Under the pieces are notes generated by a model. That model ran no database searches. It was not told the origin of the DNA and saw only the letters and a list, made by a program, of their open reading frames with translations. The position numbers were made by a program, and so were the translations under genes. From Podarcis pityusensis (Eukaryota): 64,000 nt of DNA. Positions 62,250 to 64,000 of this stretch are shown here, one piece after another (the stretch's first letter is position 1; each line of letters opens with the position of its first letter). The stretch is taken from the NCBI GenBank assembly GCA_964106645.2, contig OZ067041.1, one strand, 5' to 3'.

Positions 62250-62910
62250 TAGTCCGGGGTGAGGAACCCGTGGACCTCCTGGTGTTTGGTGAACTCGAAC
62301 TCTCATCTCTCGCCCTTACTTCACGGCTGTGTCCTAACGCGTCGGAAGCAAGGGAAAAGGCGTGTGCTTCTCCCCCGCCATCAGAAGCAAGTCACTACTG
62401 ACGCGCGCGGGCGTGGACCTCAGGACTTTTGCTTTGGAGATAAATCGCGCATCTCCCCATTCACCTTTCTATTCACCGCTGTCTCCGGGCGGCTGAGTTC
62501 GGGAGCTCCGCCCCCGATTTACCGCCGGCGGCTGGATTGGTTCCTTTCGCTTCCGATCGGAGGAGCCGAGCCTGTCGATGCAGTCGTCGTCCCGGGGGGC
62601 TGCTGCTGCTAAGCGGAAAACATCTGTTGCTGAAGCTGCGCTAGGGACGACGGGCGCTGAGCCTCCGGGATCAGCCGGAGATATGCCGGGGGACTCGTGG
62701 GCCAACAAGCGGGGCTCCTACGAGCGCCTCCGGCCCTTCAACCAAAAGGTAATTGCAACGCCCATAGATGGGTTTTGCATGGTGTTCGGGGGGAGCGCGC
62801 ACGCGTAAAACTAGGTGATTCCAGGCGGTGGGGCTGTTTCAGGAAATCATTGTCCTTTAGCTTCCAAAAGCACTCTCCAGGCTCCAACACACACGCACGC
62901 GGAAGGTTGG
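62250..62910 (+). promoter_or_regulatory. CpG-island promoter of putative ABCC13
   Basis: CpG-rich; GC box CTCCGCCCC at ~62506 and reverse CCAAT (GATTGG) at ~62535 upstream of the exon. Confidence 0.7.
62683..62748 (+). CDS. ABCC13: Probable first coding exon of ABC transporter ABCC13 (MPGDSWANKRGSYERLRPFNQK); rest of gene lies beyond the window
   Basis: ATG in a CpG island; donor AAG|GTAATT at 62749. Peptide resembles the recalled human ABCC13 N-terminus (..GGSYQRVRGALDTQK), and position and strand after RBM11 match. An in-frame upstream ATG exists at 62578. Confidence 0.7.
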
Positions 62911-63354
62911 GCTGGGAAATCCTAAGAGACCCCGAGAATAAATAAAAAAAAGGTGGATGTGGTTTTTCTCCAGAAAGGCATCCTGTGTCCTCCAGCTAGT
63001 TATTCTGAGTATGCTTTGTGTTCAGATAGGTGCTGGGAAGGACCCCTAGGGTGCTGTGGTTAAAATGCTAAGATGCTCAAGGGGACAGGTTAGGATACAG
63101 GCTGCGTCTGGGCAAAGCATAAAGGGGGGGGGGGTCAAAGGCAGCCGAAGAAAATGAGCTGCTCCTCTCTGCACTGGCTGGGCCTGGAGGCAGAAGCTTA
63201 CACCTGTATGAATCAAGGTCTCAAGCAGCTTCCTAGCTTGATCGGGTGAGCCCTTTGCATTCTGAAAGTTTTGTTTTTCTGCTGACAGCTTGTAAGCATA
63301 AAGACCCAGAAGAGTTTATAAACAGATAACTTCTTATTTGTGATCTCACAAGTA

Positions 63355-63570
63355 CAGTGGTCCCTCAGGTTACAGATGCTTCAGGTTACAGACTCCGCTA
63401 ACTCAGAAATAGTACCTTGAGTTAAGAACTTTGCTTCAGGATGAGAACAGAAATCGTGTGGCAGCAGCAGGAGGCCCCATTAGCTAAAGTGGTCCCATTA
63501 GCTAAAGAACAGTTTCAGCTTAAGAACGGACCTCCAGAACGAATTAAGTTCTTAACCCGAGGTACCACTG
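63355..63570 (-). mobile_element. Tc1/mariner MITE, family A (opposite orientation)
   Basis: Same TIRs, TA TSD. Confidence 0.88.
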
Positions 63571-64000
63571 TACCTGGAAGTTGCACGCACCCTCAGATAT
63601 GGAAGACCTCCTATTCTCTCATGTTTGCTATCTGGGCGGTGAGAGTACTGGATGGAAAGGATAACATACTCTGAATGCCCTTAAATGAGTTGTTAGTCAC
63701 TTTGGCTCTTGACACAAAGGGCTGAAATAGAATTGAAGCAGATTAGTTGTGATCAGATTCCCTATCTGGAAAGGCACCTGAAAGGAGGTAGGGTTGGAAC
63801 TGAATTGGGGTTGAGGTGCTGCTTCTGCTGCTGGGGATGCTTAATTAATCCTTTTGTCCCATTCCATTGTCTTGATCAAAATCGCACACATCTGTACACA
63901 CATCCCAAACTGTTACTAACTCTGCTGATTCAAGTAATGGGGCTCTGAGAAGCTGAGATTTAAGGAAAGAATGTGCAAAGGAGGCAGGTTTCCAAATAGA

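Overview
Vertebrate genomic DNA, almost certainly a squamate reptile and probably a lacertid lizard (inferred from Sauria SINEs, BovB and the MITE complement). Positions 1-33 kb hold no gene I can support: an AT-rich, repeat-rich desert. A complete 10-exon pancreatic-lipase-family phospholipase A1 gene lies on the minus strand (CDS 48949->33155, 463 aa; LIPI by synteny, LIPH-like in sequence). Head-to-head with it is a complete 5-exon RBM11 on the plus strand (CDS 51657->59961, 239 aa), followed by the CpG island and probable first coding exon of ABCC13 (62683-62748). All introns are GT-AG with consistent phases. The most unusual structure is in LIPI intron 6: a young non-autonomous hAT element (39507-41104, perfect 8-bp TSD) with a CpG-island-like interior and a nested solo LTR (40010-40776, 5-bp TSD). 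The U3-like part of that LTR is filled by an intact 116-aa ORF with an acidic N-terminus and an HMGN-like RRSARL motif. Also notable: SINEs joining different Pol III heads (tRNA-Ile, tRNA-Lys, 5S rRNA) to one CR1-type tail, a Penelope fragment with inverted pseudo-LTRs and a minimal hammerhead ribozyme, and a bipartite CTCF-like site between the divergent LIPI and RBM11 promoters. Gene and repeat names come from my recall of the homologous sequences, not from database searches.
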